This document shows, piece by piece, positions 52,901 through 64,000 of a stretch of 64,000 nt of DNA. The notes under the pieces were generated by a model. The model had not been told where the DNA came from. It saw only the letters and a list, made by a program, of their open reading frames with translations, and did not search any database. This DNA is from Macrostomum hystrix. Lineage: Eukaryota; Animalia; Platyhelminthes. Every line of letters starts with the position of its first letter. Positions within the stretch are counted from its first letter, which is position 1. The translations under genes were made by a program, and so were the position numbers. The DNA is taken from the NCBI GenBank assembly GCA_950097015.1, contig CATNEN010000003.1:12152001-12216000 (forward strand), written 5' to 3'.

Positions 52901-55900
52901 TCAGGGTAATCCCTGGAATCAGGATAATCCCTGGAATCAGGAGAATCCCGGAAACCAGGAGAATCTCTGAAATCATGGGAATCCTTGAAATCAGGAGAAT
53001 CCCTGGAATCAGGAGAATCCCTGGAATCAGGAGAATCCCTGGAATCAGGAGAACCCTTGAAATCAGGAGAATCCCTGGAATCAGGAGAATCCCTGGAATC
53101 AGGAGAATCCCTGGAATCAGGAGAATCCCTGGAATCAGGAGAATCCCTGGAATCAGGAGAATCCCTGAAACCAGGAGAATCCCTGAAATAAGGAAAATTC
53201 CTCAAATCAGGAGAATCCATGAAATCAGGATAATCCCTGAAACCAGGAGAATCCCTGAAATAAGGAAAATTCCTCAAATCAGGAGAATCCCTAAAACCAG
53301 GAGAGTCCCTGAAATCAGGAGAATAAATGGAAATCTTAGGAAAAAGCGAATCCCTTGACGCACTAACTCCATTTAAAAATTCTAATGGGCTATCTCAAGA
53401 TTCGCAAAGTTCTGAAGTTAGGAAATTTTCTAAATAAAGGAAATGCCGAAGCTAGAAGATATTGACAGTTAGGGAATTCATTTAGCTTGCGAGTTTTGGG
53501 AACTCACAGAAGGGGAATCCTAGCTCTTTTGTTTCAGATGCTAATTGATTAGGGAAAATAATCAAGACGCAACATTGACGCAGCTCACCCCAGGCAAACT
53601 GAAGTACATCGGCGACGTCAGCGAATGGCAATGACAGTCCAGCATCAGCCCAGCAGACTAAACGCCTAACGATAGACCAATCAACTGCAGCAAGCACTCC
53701 GTTAGAAACGAAATCGAACTTAGTAATTGTTTCCAAGGCTAAAGATGGCTTATCCAATATTGAAGCAGCATTTAACAACTTAGACAGCAGTGAAGAATTA
53801 TTAGTCAATACATTTGTCGGAAATAAACTAACAATCTCCGGAGAAGTAGATTTTGTCGACGATTGCGACGCAAGATCAACTTGAATGTTTTTCTCGTTAA
53901 CACCATCTCCGTTAAATTGTTCGCTTTCGTTAGATTTCAACAGATCAGAAACATTTTTCTCAGTCTTAGTCGCGAATCGCAAAGCAATGAGCCATGCTAA
54001 CAGAGTGCCTAATTCCGCTTTCAATTTATCGGGTATCGGCAATAATATTGGTGTCATTGGCAACGAAGCTTGGGTAGCAACAGTCTGAGAAGCGATTCGC
54101 TGACAGGTCGAACTCGAAAGAGCAAGATAAGATTTTCGCTTCTCAGCCAGACTTGCCAACAAGCTAGTTAGATCTTTTAGTCGATGGATGCAGTCTGCAG
54201 TGGGAGAAACCAAGACAGGTCCATTGGTGGCCTCATTTTCAACCGCCGCATTGAGAAATCTCTGATGCAGCGTCAATGTTTCGGCTTCAAGTCGAACCAA
54301 ATCTGAAGCATCCAGTCCAGCTGTGTCATCCAACAGTTCAATAGTTGAAGAATTTGGCGCTGTCAAGGCTGAGTAGCTGGACGATCTGCCAGCAAGAGAG
54401 GTAGACCCACCCGCAGCCATGGCTCGGCGCTGAAGAGCTTTGGCTTTAGATCTAAAGCCACCGAAGGCTATTGGCATGCGAAAATCTGTGAGAACTGGCT
54501 GCCTACTACTGCTAGTAGTATTATTAGTAGCAGAATCAGAAGTAACATCGGCAACATCTAACAAGTTGTCAGCTGATAGCGAAGCTGGCATGGCTGATAG
54601 CGGCTGCGCCGATGCCACTGTGGTGGCCGCCGAGTCGTCTACTACAACCACAACTGGCGAAGTGGCCGCAGCGGCGGCTGCGGCGGCAGCCGCGGCGGCG
54701 CTAGTCAGAGCTGCTTCAAACCGATGACCGATGCCTTTGAATAGTCGTTGGGCAGAATTGCCGCCGGTGCTAGACGATCCGGATGTCGAAGCTACGGCTG
54801 CCGATTTTCCAGTATTGACAGCTGGGGTCTGGGCGGCTTGCGGAACAACAGCGCTAAAAAAGGATTTAGTTTCAAATATATGCTAATCACATCATTTGGT
54901 GACAGACAGTGGACCCTCAGCAAGAGGCAGAGGTGTGTACATCTGTTCTAACTTTATCATCGTCAGACAGTGTACACTTTACCTGTCCCTTGGAGTGTGG
55001 CCCCTAAAAGACGACAGCGGGCCGCATTGACTGTAAAAATATGAGATAGGGGAGAAATGAGACACGGGAGAGATCAGACACGGGAGAGATGAGACATGGG
55101 AGAGATGAGACACGCGAGAGATTACACAAGAGAGATGAGACACGGGAGAGATGAGACACGGGAGAGATTACACAAGAGAGATGAGACACGGGAGAGATTA
55201 GACACGGGAGAGATGAGACACGGGAGAGATGAGACACGGGAGAGATTAGACACGGGAGAGATGAGACACGGGAGAGATGAGACACGGGAGAGATGAGACA
55301 CGGGAGAGATGAGACACAGGAGAGATTAGACACGGGAGAGATGAGACACGGGAGAGATTAGACACGGGAGAGATGAGACACGGGAGAGATGAGACACGGG
55401 AGAGATGAGACACGGGAGGGATTAGACACGGGAGAGATTAGACACGGGAGAGATGAGACACGGGAGAGATGAGACACGGGAGAGATGAGACACGGGAGGG
55501 ATTAGACACGGGAGAGATGAGACACGGGAGAGATGAGACACGGGAGAGATTAGACACGGGAGAGATGAGACACAGGAGAGATTAGACACGGGAGAGATGA
55601 GACACAGGAGAGATTAGACACGGGAGAGATGAGAAACAGGAGAGATTAGACACGGGAGAGATGAGACACGGGAGAGATGAGACACAGGAGAGATTAGACA
55701 CGGGAGAGATGAGAAACAGGAGAGATTAGACACGGGAGAGATTAGACACGGGAGAGATGAGACACGGGAGAGATTAGACACGGGAGAGATGAGACACAGG
55801 AGAGATTAGACACGGGAGAGATGAGAAACAGGAGAGATGAGACACGGGAGAGATGAGAAACAGGAGAGATGAGACACGGGAGAGATTAGTCACGAGAGAG

Positions 55901-58900
55901 ATGAAACCGGACACTGTAGATGTCAGAAGGGGCAACGGGCCGGATTTGGGAGCTTCGAGGGCCGCATCTGGCCCGCGGGCCGGAGTTTGCCGACCCCTGT
56001 GCTATATGATTGTTTCCATTTTGTTGCACAACTACTTACCTGTCAATAGCAGATGCAGGAGTGTTTGTGCCGCCGGCTCCACCAATCACATAGATTCCAG
56101 CGTCGGTGCGTCTAATCCTAGACAATTCATCGCTAGCAGCGGCGGCGGCGTGAACTCTCATGTACGCGTCGGATTTAATCAGCCAATCAAATTCATTCTC
56201 GCTGCCAGGTTCTTGACTAGTTGACATAGTTTTCAAACAATTCCTAGTCAGAGCTAGCAGCAGTGAATCGTTGGCTAGCAGGCTGGGTCTCGGTTGGTCC
56301 AGAAGCCAACGATACAACGCTGCTGAATAGGAATCCTTCAGGGTGGCAACTACATCTGTTGGAGTTGAGCACAGTCGAATCAGAACTAGATGACGATCGC
56401 CCAGTAGGATAGCCAAATTAGCAACGGATTTGGCTGGCGCCTGATAACTACCGCTGGTTGGGATAATACTGTTAATGCCTGCAATGGTTGAGTTTTTTAA
56501 ATCCCTATTAGTAGAAATGGGAAAAAATCCCTATAAAATCTTTATTAGAAATGGGAGAAATAATCAGTAGATAATCTCTATTAAAATTGGGAGAAAATCA
56601 CTAGATAATCCCTATTAGAAATGGGAGAAATAATCCCTGGATAATCCCTATTAAAAAGAGGAGAAATAATCACTAGATAATCCCAATAAGAAAAATGGGA
56701 GAAATAATCACTAGATAATCCATATTAGAAATGGGAGAAATAATCACTAGATAATCCATATTAGAAATGGGAGAAATAATCACTAGATACCCTATTAGAA
56801 ATGGGAGAAATAATCACTAGATAATCCCAATAAGAAGAAATAGGAGAAATAATCACTAGATAATCCATATTAGAAATGGGAGAAATAATCTCTGGATAAT
56901 CCCTATTAGAAATGGGAGAAATAATCACTAGATACCCTATTAGAAATGGGAGAAATAATCACTAGATACCCTATTAGAAATGGGAGAAATAATCACTAGA
57001 TAATCCATATTAGAAATGGGAGAAATAATCACTAGATACCCTATTAGAAATGGGAGAAATAATCACTAGATAATCCCAATAAGAAGAAATAGGAGAAATA
57101 ATCACTAGATAATCCATATTAGAAATGGGAGAAATAATCTCTGGATAATCCCTATTAGAAATGGGAGAAAAAAATCACTAGATACCCTATTAGAAATGGG
57201 AGAAATAATCACTAGATAATCCCTTTTAAAAATCGGAAAAAATCCCTTGATAAACCCTTTTACCCGTATAAAACGAAATGGTCACAAAAAAGGGCTGTGA
57301 CCGTTCCACTTGTGACCGTGGTCCGTAACGCTGGTGACCGTTTAATGTGACCGTTCATGTTCATGAAGATAGGGTCACCAAGTTACCGTTCACTGTGACC
57401 ATACTTTGTGACCGATTGCAGGGTCACCATGTGACCGTTCACTGTGACCATATTTTGTGACCGTAATGTTCAGGGTCACCATGTGACCGTTCACTGTGAC
57501 CATATTTTGTGACCGTTATGTTCAGGGTTACCATGTGACCGTTCACTGTGACCATATTTTGTGACCATAACTTTTTATATGTAAATATTGGTATCGATGG
57601 TTATAAGCAATTTTAGGAAACATATAAAGGTACAAGGTGTAATAAGTTACTGGCACTACCTGCTTTCCAGCCAGCTTTCACTGGACACTTTGCATCACTT
57701 GTCTTGCTATGTTCAACATTCAGCAACTATTGTTGGCCGTGTCATGCTTCATAATTTTCTGCACACCAAAGCCAGTCCAAGGAAGGCCATAGCCAGTAAC
57801 TATTAAGAAAAAACATAATATTGTCATTAAAACATAATATAATTTGGCATACAATTGTAGTGCATTTCGCACTTAGTTTAGCGATCCGTCACAAAAAAAC
57901 TGAAAAATAAAAATGTTCAAATGGATTAATTTCAGTCTCTACTTCGCCTCCGCTGATGGGTTGCCGGAAGAGTCGCTAGAGGCTGCGGCTTCGTCGTCGT
58001 CGCCACTGTCGTCGTCCTCCTTGGCGTCAACGTCACCGCCGTCAAGGTCAAGTTCCTTGGCGCTGTCAAGGTCACCGCCGCCTTCTTCATCACCGGCTTC
58101 CTTCCTTCCGCCCTTGTTCCTTCCAGTGCGACCGCTGGGTGTCACTTTGAGTGGTGACTTCAATTTTCGGGCAGCACAGAAGGCAGTGCGCTTGAAAATC
58201 GTGGCATAGGACTTCTTCGTAAATTCCTCAGGGAACTTTAGCCCACTTATAAAAGCCTTAATGGCGAACTTTTTCTTCTTAGATACTTCCGGCTTCGGCG
58301 GCGGACCATCCTTTTTTGTCTTGCGGCCGGTGTAGGAACGGGTCGTTAGCTCCTCGGTTGAGAAGACTGCTCGGTACAGGGTCCGGAGCATTTTATCGCC
58401 GTCTGTACTGCTGAAACCTCCCTTCACATAGACAGACACCGCACGCTTGATCTGTTCATAGTCAATGCCATTCAATGCCAACTGACCGCAGTGCATTCAG
58501 CTGCTCCACTAGCTAATATTTAAAGGACAGGCTGGGAGCAAGTAGAATGTATTGTCACAAAATACGGTCACAGTGAACGGTCACATGGTGACCCTGAACA
58601 TGACGGTCACAAAATACGGTCACAGTGAACGGTCACATGGTGACCCTGAACATGACGGTCACAAAATACGGTCACAGTGAACGGTCACATGGTGACCCTG
58701 AACATGACGGTCACAAAATACGGTCACAGTGAACGGTCACATGGTGACCCTGAACATGACGGTCACAAAATACGGTCACAGTGAACGGTCACATGGTGAC
58801 CCTGAACATAACGGTCACAAAATACGGTCACAATGAACGGTCACATGGTGACCCGGACAAATGGTCACATTTTATGGACACCAAGTGGTAACATGAGACC

Positions 58901-60049
58901 ATGGCGGTCACAAAACGTGGTCACTAACGGTAACATGTGACCATGACAGTCACAACAACGGTCACAGCCCCTTTTTTGTGACCATTCCGTTTTATACGGG
59001 TTAGAAATGGGAAAGGCAATCTCTAGAAAATCTAGACTAGAAACAAAAAAAACATCAGCAAAAATCTTATTACGAAAAGCAAAACAATTCCCCACAATGC
59101 GAACCTGAATTATTACAATATAAATGAGGAAAAAATCATAGAATTAATACAAATAAATATAAAGGAAAATGTCGACAATTTCCTAAAACAAAGAGTTGAT
59201 TGTTTGTAAAAAATCAAAACAATAAAGTGCTCACACGAACAGCCAGCTATCCAGGACACAACGCGATGAGCTTCAGTGTCTATGAACAAAATATCGTTGA
59301 ACTCAGTGACAACAATTAATAGATTAGGACCAGCCTGAACAAGCTGTCTATAGGTTCCGTTGCATTCAGAGTTTGGCACGCACGTGGACGAATGGACACT
59401 CTGGGAGCCGGGGTTCAAGCTGCAACAAAATGAGGATCACTAAAACAAAACTATTTGTGATTTTTATGAGCTAGCCAATCCTTTTTAGCAAGATTTAAAA
59501 AATAGTTAAGAACTTTCAGGATTTGTTTTGAGAAAATTGTCTCTTTCTCGAGCTGAGATTCGAACCCCTGACCACTCGTTTAGTCCATGTACTGGGAAGG
59601 CCTACACCTGAATAAATTAATTAGAACTGAGATTCGAACTCCCGACCTCAGAGAACTTAGAGACGGTGACGAGTCTCTAACCAGTGGACTACAATATACA
59701 ATGTTTTTACGGATTAAAAAATTACTGCATATATACAACAATACTACTCACAGTATGTTGTTCAACACGATTCGCTCGGCGCTCTCAGCAAGACCACCGC
59801 CACCGCCTCCACTAAACACGTAGGTGCTAATTACACGCTTTGAATCGGTGCGCAATTGCCACATCCGATGCCTGGGCCTGGCTGCGTACACCACCCTACT
59901 ATGAGTAGTAGTAGAAGATTCAGCGGACTCGCTAACAAACAGACAGGCGCCATAGGCACCGTTTCTGGGCTTGTCCGAACCCAACTGGAAAAATGTGCGA
60001 TTTTCCGCATTGCACAGCACAGCCCTGCTGCGATTGGACACTAGTAACA

Positions 60050-60087
<38 letters not shown>

Positions 60088-61980
60088 AGTCTGTAGTCCG
60101 TGTCCAGCTGTATGATGGGGCCGTCCTGTGGTAGGACTAGCACCTCTTCGCAGGTTGAATCTAGGGCAAATAACTCCCGTGGCTTTGAAAAGGGAAGGAA
60201 ATATATTATTAGGGGATTAGCGTTAAATGATTAAGTGTCTTATTTTTACTTATCAATTTCTGCATTATGAGTTTTGTTTACATTCTTTCATTCAGTTTCT
60301 ACCCCTCTCCGTATCCTGTTTCTACAACTCTCCAATTTTAGTTCTCCCTTACAAAGCTTAATTGTACCTTTTACAAACTGAATTCTCCCCTCTATAATCT
60401 GAATTCTCCCCTCTCTAATCTGAATTCTCCCCTCTCTAATCTGAATTCTCCCCTCTCTAATCTGAATTCTCCCCTCTATAATCTGAATTCTCCCCTCTCT
60501 AATCTGAATTCTCCCCTCTCTAATCTGAATTCTCCCCTCTCTAATCTGAATTCTCCCCTCTCTAATCTGAATTCTCCCCTCTCTAATCTGAATTCTCCCC
60601 TCTCTAATCTGAATTCTCCCCTCTCTAATCTGAATCCTCCCCTCTCTAATCTGAATTCTCCCCTCTCTAATCTGAATTCTCCCCTCTCCAATCTGAATCC
60701 TCCCCTCTCCAATCTGAATTCTCCCCTTTCCAATCTGAATTCTCCCCTTTCCAATCTGAATTCTCTCTTCTCCAATCTGAATTCTCCCCTCTTTAATCTG
60801 AATTCTTCCCTCTCCAATCTGAATTCTCCCCTTTCCAATCTGAGTTCTCCCCTCTACAATCTGAATTCTCCCCAGACACACAGAATCGGCCAGCGATGTC
60901 GAAGTGACGAGTCCGTCAAGGTCGCCGGCAAACAAGCAGCCGCAGCCCCAGGCCAGGCAGGTGACAATCTTCCCGGCGTGCATTCGATTCACTCGCACCC
61001 GCTCGGCCCAGCACCTGCGCTGTGTGCTGCGCAGCTCGTACACCTCAACGTGGCCATTGTTGAGGGCGCAGGCGAGGTGGCGCTCGTTTGGCGACAGTGC
61101 CAACAGCCTGGCAACTCCGGAGCTCAGGCTAAAGTGCAGGCGCAGCTCTACGCTGGAGCCGAATGAAGCGAATAGGACCCGTACAACTCCAGAGTTTGAG
61201 CACAGCGCCATGGTGCCGCCGCTTGATAGACACACGGCCGTGGTCTGTTAGGATTAGTGATGAGGAAGAGGATTAGTGATGAGGAAGAGGATTAGTGATG
61301 AGGAAGAGGATTAGTGATGAGGAAGAGGATTAGTGATGAGGAAGAGGATCAGTGATGAGGAAGAGGATTAGTGATGAGGAAGAGGATTAGTGATGAGGAA
61401 GAGCATTAGTGATAAGGAAGAGCATTAGTGATGAGGAAGAGGATTAGTGATGAGGAAGAGCATTAGTGATGAGGAAGAGCATTAGTGATGAGGAAGAGCA
61501 TTAGTGAGGGAAGAGGATTAGCAAAGGAAGTGGATTAGTAAGGGAGGAGGATTAGTGAAGGAAGATGACTAGTAAGGAAGAGGATGAGTGAGGAAGAGGA
61601 TGAGTGAGGAAGAGAAAAGATTAATGGGGAAGAGAGAATATTAGGGCAGGAAGAAAGAATCAAGAGGAATTAAGGGGAGAGGTCTGAATGAGGAAGAGGG
61701 AAGATTAGGGGAAGGGAAGGTACGATAAGAGACACTTGAAAGTACGTGTAAAAGACTAAAAAAGGAAAATGAGAAAAACAATACAAGCGGATCAATTGCA
61801 GCTAAGCAGTTAAACAAGTGGTGTTAATCTCACGGTGTTTTTCTGAGACAGCTTTGCCACATCTTGAATTTTTCCGTCGATCAGCTCGGCAAAGACATGA
61901 AATTCTTTTCCTTTCGCTGACGGCGTTGCGACTGTCGCTGACACGGGCACCTCCTCAGCAGGAGTGGCCGAGGCCGACAT
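49976..61980 (-). CDS. HPS5: BLOC-2 subunit HPS5 (Drosophila pink-like): N-terminal WD40 propeller and C-terminal RING-like finger
   Basis: HVFAE N-terminus; IIQLD..LLVSN.SR..LC, QLG..PRNGAYGAC and YAARP..RMW motifs; C-terminal CxxC..FSCGHVFHxxC..CxxC. Phase-consistent exons: 61980-61834, 61244-60882, 60182-59752, 59419-59235, 56478-56040, 54853-53589, 52797-52671, 52588-52415, 51733-51572, 51495-51385, 51291-51185, 50571-49976. TECPR2 shares the propeller, but the RING favours HPS5. Confidence 0.85.
50630..51015. repeat. Degenerate ~60-bp tandem repeat (accttccgagaactgacaggtgtg..ataatta)
   Basis: About 6 diverged copies. Confidence 0.65.
51855..52300. repeat. Degenerate repeat of gtgaaactttcccactt
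   Basis: More than 10 diverged copies. Confidence 0.75.
52878..53325. repeat. 18-bp minisatellite (gaatcaggagaatccctg)
   Basis: About 24 copies. Confidence 0.92.
54887..55005 (-). mobile_element. Internally deleted SINE family A fragment
   Basis: cacatcatttggtgaca..ggtgtgtacatctg..catcgtcag.cag.gtacacttt matches 24748-24880. Confidence 0.75.
55015..55999. mobile_element. hAT-type MITE remnant enclosing a 16-bp minisatellite (gagacacgggagagat, ~55040-55905)
   Basis: Right end GGCCCGCGGGCCGGAGTTTGCCGACCCCTG (TIR CAGGGGTCGGCAAAC) is typical of hAT/Charlie-like MITEs. GCGGGCCGCA subterminal motif at 55017. Left TIR not seen. Confidence 0.65.
56498..57262. repeat. ~38-40-bp minisatellite (ccctattagaaatgggagaaataatcactagataat); resumes briefly after 59000
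   Basis: About 19 copies; the last unit is split by the TIR element. Confidence 0.92.
57263..59000. mobile_element. 1738-bp non-autonomous TIR DNA transposon with TTA TSD and inverted subterminal GGTCAC arrays
   Basis: TIR CCCGTATAAAACGRAATGGTCACAAAAAAGGG(G)CTGTGACCGTT at both ends, flanked by tta. 52-bp subterminal units: ~4 on the left, ~6 on the right, in opposite orientation. Confidence 0.93.
57939..58496 (-). CDS. BEN-domain-like protein (185 aa) with basic and acidic C-terminal tail, carried by the TIR element
   Basis: Motif RTLYRAVFSTEELTTRSYTG..KPEVSKKKKFAI matches the BEN consensus by eye. Intact ATG-TAG ORF; TTTAAATA ~20-28 nt upstream of the ATG. Confidence 0.8.
   Translation of the reverse strand: MHCGQLALNGIDYEQIKRAVSVYVKGGFSSTDGDKMLRTLYRAVFSTEELTTRSYTGRKTKKDGPPPKPEVSKKKKFAIKAFISGLKFPEEFTKKSYATIFKRTAFCAARKLKSPLKVTPSGRTGRNKGGRKEAGDEEGGGDLDSAKELDLDGGDVDAKEDDDSGDDDEAAASSDSSGNPSAEAK
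59553..59693 (-). mobile_element. Two adjacent tRNA-derived (family C) fragments
   Basis: Minus strand GTAGTCCACTGGTTAGAG..GAGGTCGGGAGTTCGAATCTCAG and a second GGGGTTCGAATCTCAG. Confidence 0.6.
60378..60872. repeat. 21-bp minisatellite (aatctgaattctcccctctct)
   Basis: About 23 copies beginning ~10 nt after the HPS5 exon 2 donor. Confidence 0.95.
61250..61612. repeat. 19-bp minisatellite (ggattagtgatgaggaaga)
   Basis: About 18 copies abutting the HPS5 exon 2 acceptor. Confidence 0.92.
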
Positions 61981-62149
61981 GCTGCTTTGCAATTAGTCAA
62001 TTGTAGTTTGCAAATGATCGAGCACCGGTGTGTTTTATAATATAGAATCGAAAATTTAATGTATCGACCGTCTCTGAAAATAATATAAAATGCTTCATTC
62101 TTCTTTTTTTGAATGCTGACATTTGCTTTTTAGGGTTTATCTCCGCGTA

Positions 62150-63213
62150 CCAGGGATTTGAAGGTTGAAATCTGACTACTGGGATTAATCATCCTGGAAC
62201 TTTATGGCTGAAATCAGGTCTTTGGGATTAATTTACCTGGGATTTGAAGGCTGAAACCAGATCTTTAGGGTTAATCTACCTGGGATTTTAAGGCTGAATT
62301 CAGGTCTTTGGGATTAATCTACCTGGGATTTTAAGGCTGAAATCAGGTCTTTGGGATTAATCTACCTGGGATTTTAAGGCTGAAATCAGGTCTTTGGGTT
62401 TAATCTACCTGGGATTTGAAGGCTGAAACCAGATCTTTAGGGTTAATCTACCTGGGATTTGATAGCATAAATCTGGTCTTTGGGGTTAATCTAGCTGGGA
62501 TTTGAAGGCTGAAATCAGATCTTTAGGGTTAATCTACCCGGGATTTGAAGGCTGAAATCAGGTCTTTGGGATTAATCTACCTGGGATTTGATGGCATAAA
62601 TCAGATCTGAAACCAGATCTTTAGGGGTAATCTACCCGGGATTTGAAGGCTGAAATCAGGTCTTTGGGGTTAATCTACCTGGGATTTGAAGGCTGAAATC
62701 AGATCTTTAGGGTTATTCTACCTGGGATTTGAAGGCTGAAATCAGATCTTTGGGGTTAATCTACCTGGGATTTGAAGGCTGAAATCAGATCTTTGGGGTT
62801 AATCTACCTGGGATTTGATAGCATAAATCTGGTCTTTGGGATTAATCTACCTGGGATTTGAAGGCTGAAATCAGATCTTTGGGGTTAATCTACCTGGGAT
62901 TTGAATGCTGAAATCAGATCTTTGGGGTTAATCTACCTGGGATTTGAAGGCTGAAATCAGATCTTTGGGGTTAATCTACCTGGGATTTGAAGGCTGAAAT
63001 CAGATCTTTGGGGTTAATCTACCTGGGATTTGAAGGCTGAAATCAGATCTTTGGGGTTAATCTACCTGGGATTTGAAGGTTGAAATCAGATCTTTGGGGT
63101 TAATCTACCTGGGATTTGAAGGCTGAAATCAGATCTTTGGGGTTAATCTACCTGGGATTTGAAGGCTGAAATCAGATCTTTGGGGTTAATCTACCTGGGA
63201 TTTGAAGGTTGAA
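62150..63213. repeat. 43-bp minisatellite (gggatttgaaggctgaaatcagatctttggggttaatctacct)
   Basis: About 24 copies upstream of the HPS5 ATG. Confidence 0.95.
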
Positions 63214-63883
63214 ATGTATTATGTTTAATTTAGGCTCAAGAAGCATTCAAAAGCTGTACATCTATATTTGACTTACCATTAGGACAAACTCAAATAAAAG
63301 ATTAAGATAATTTTAAGCTAACAAATGAAACATACATTTTGAATACAGTGTAGTTAACGATACAAGAGAGTTATATTTCAAATTCAATAAAGTGGATTTT
63401 GTCGATTTGCTTTTAATAAGCTAATTAGCACAGGAAACGCTTATATTTATTATGAAATTATTTTAAACAAATAACTAACCGTTTTTTATGAATTCCTGCA
63501 TACAAACGACAAAAAGCATTGGAATAGCGAATGTGAAATTAAACTAATAATTTATGATTTTTATTTTATTATCGGTAGGAATAAGCAAGCAAACAGGAAA
63601 ACATTAAAGGAAAAAAGCAAAGAATAATTAAATGATTTTGTTCACATGTGAATGCGTGTTAGTGTGTACCGAAACTTAACATAATTACACTGCTCAAGCT
63701 TATAAATAAGCTATAATAGGAAATCGTCGGTTTTAGCTTCAGAATTTTGACGAAGAGGTCCGGAGTTCGAATCTCAGCCTAAAGGTACCAGCCAAGTAAC
63801 CGACAATTGTCTGCGATTGGCGACCAAAGTATGCCAAATTAATAAAACGATGATTAACAGTAGAAAGATCACGGGGGATTTCA

Positions 63884-63947
63884 AATATTCATAATTCATA
63901 TATTCATAATTCATATATTCATAATTCATATATTCATAATTCATATT
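63884..63947. repeat. Short AT-rich tandem repeat (atattcataattc-type, ~14 bp)
   Basis: About 4.5 copies. Confidence 0.85.
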
Positions 63948-64000
63948 TCAAATGAATTTCCAATTTCAAATTCCAAAATTTTCAGCTCAATCCGATTGAA

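Overview
Eukaryotic (animal) genomic DNA with GT-AG introns. The very dense intronic minisatellites and poly-Ala/Gln/Ser-rich proteins resemble a Macrostomum-type flatworm (inference only). Six spliced or single-exon genes were reconstructed by hand with consistent intron phases: an aerolysin/ETX-MTX2-like protein (+, 1253-2803), an F-box/propeller-like protein (-, 3880-7331), an SBF/MTMR5/13 DENN-GRAM-pseudophosphatase-PH gene (-, 13439-36332), an Rdx/SelW-like protein lacking the redox motif (-, 38655-39275), a melatonin-receptor-like GPCR (+, 40544-44832) and HPS5 (-, 49976-61980). About 30 minisatellite arrays fill introns and intergenic DNA and explain most long ORFs in the ORF track. Several arrays share core motifs. 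Mobile DNA includes tRNA-derived SINE families (one nested in another with a 13-bp TSD), a decayed integrase, a hAT-type MITE end and a CCCTGTAAAAAA-terminated element in two copies. The best novelty candidate is a 1.74-kb TIR element with a TTA TSD. It lacks a transposase but carries one intact BEN-domain-like ORF between dense inverted GGTCAC arrays. A candidate 3-nt microexon and repeated splice-site mimics in SBF introns also merit checking.
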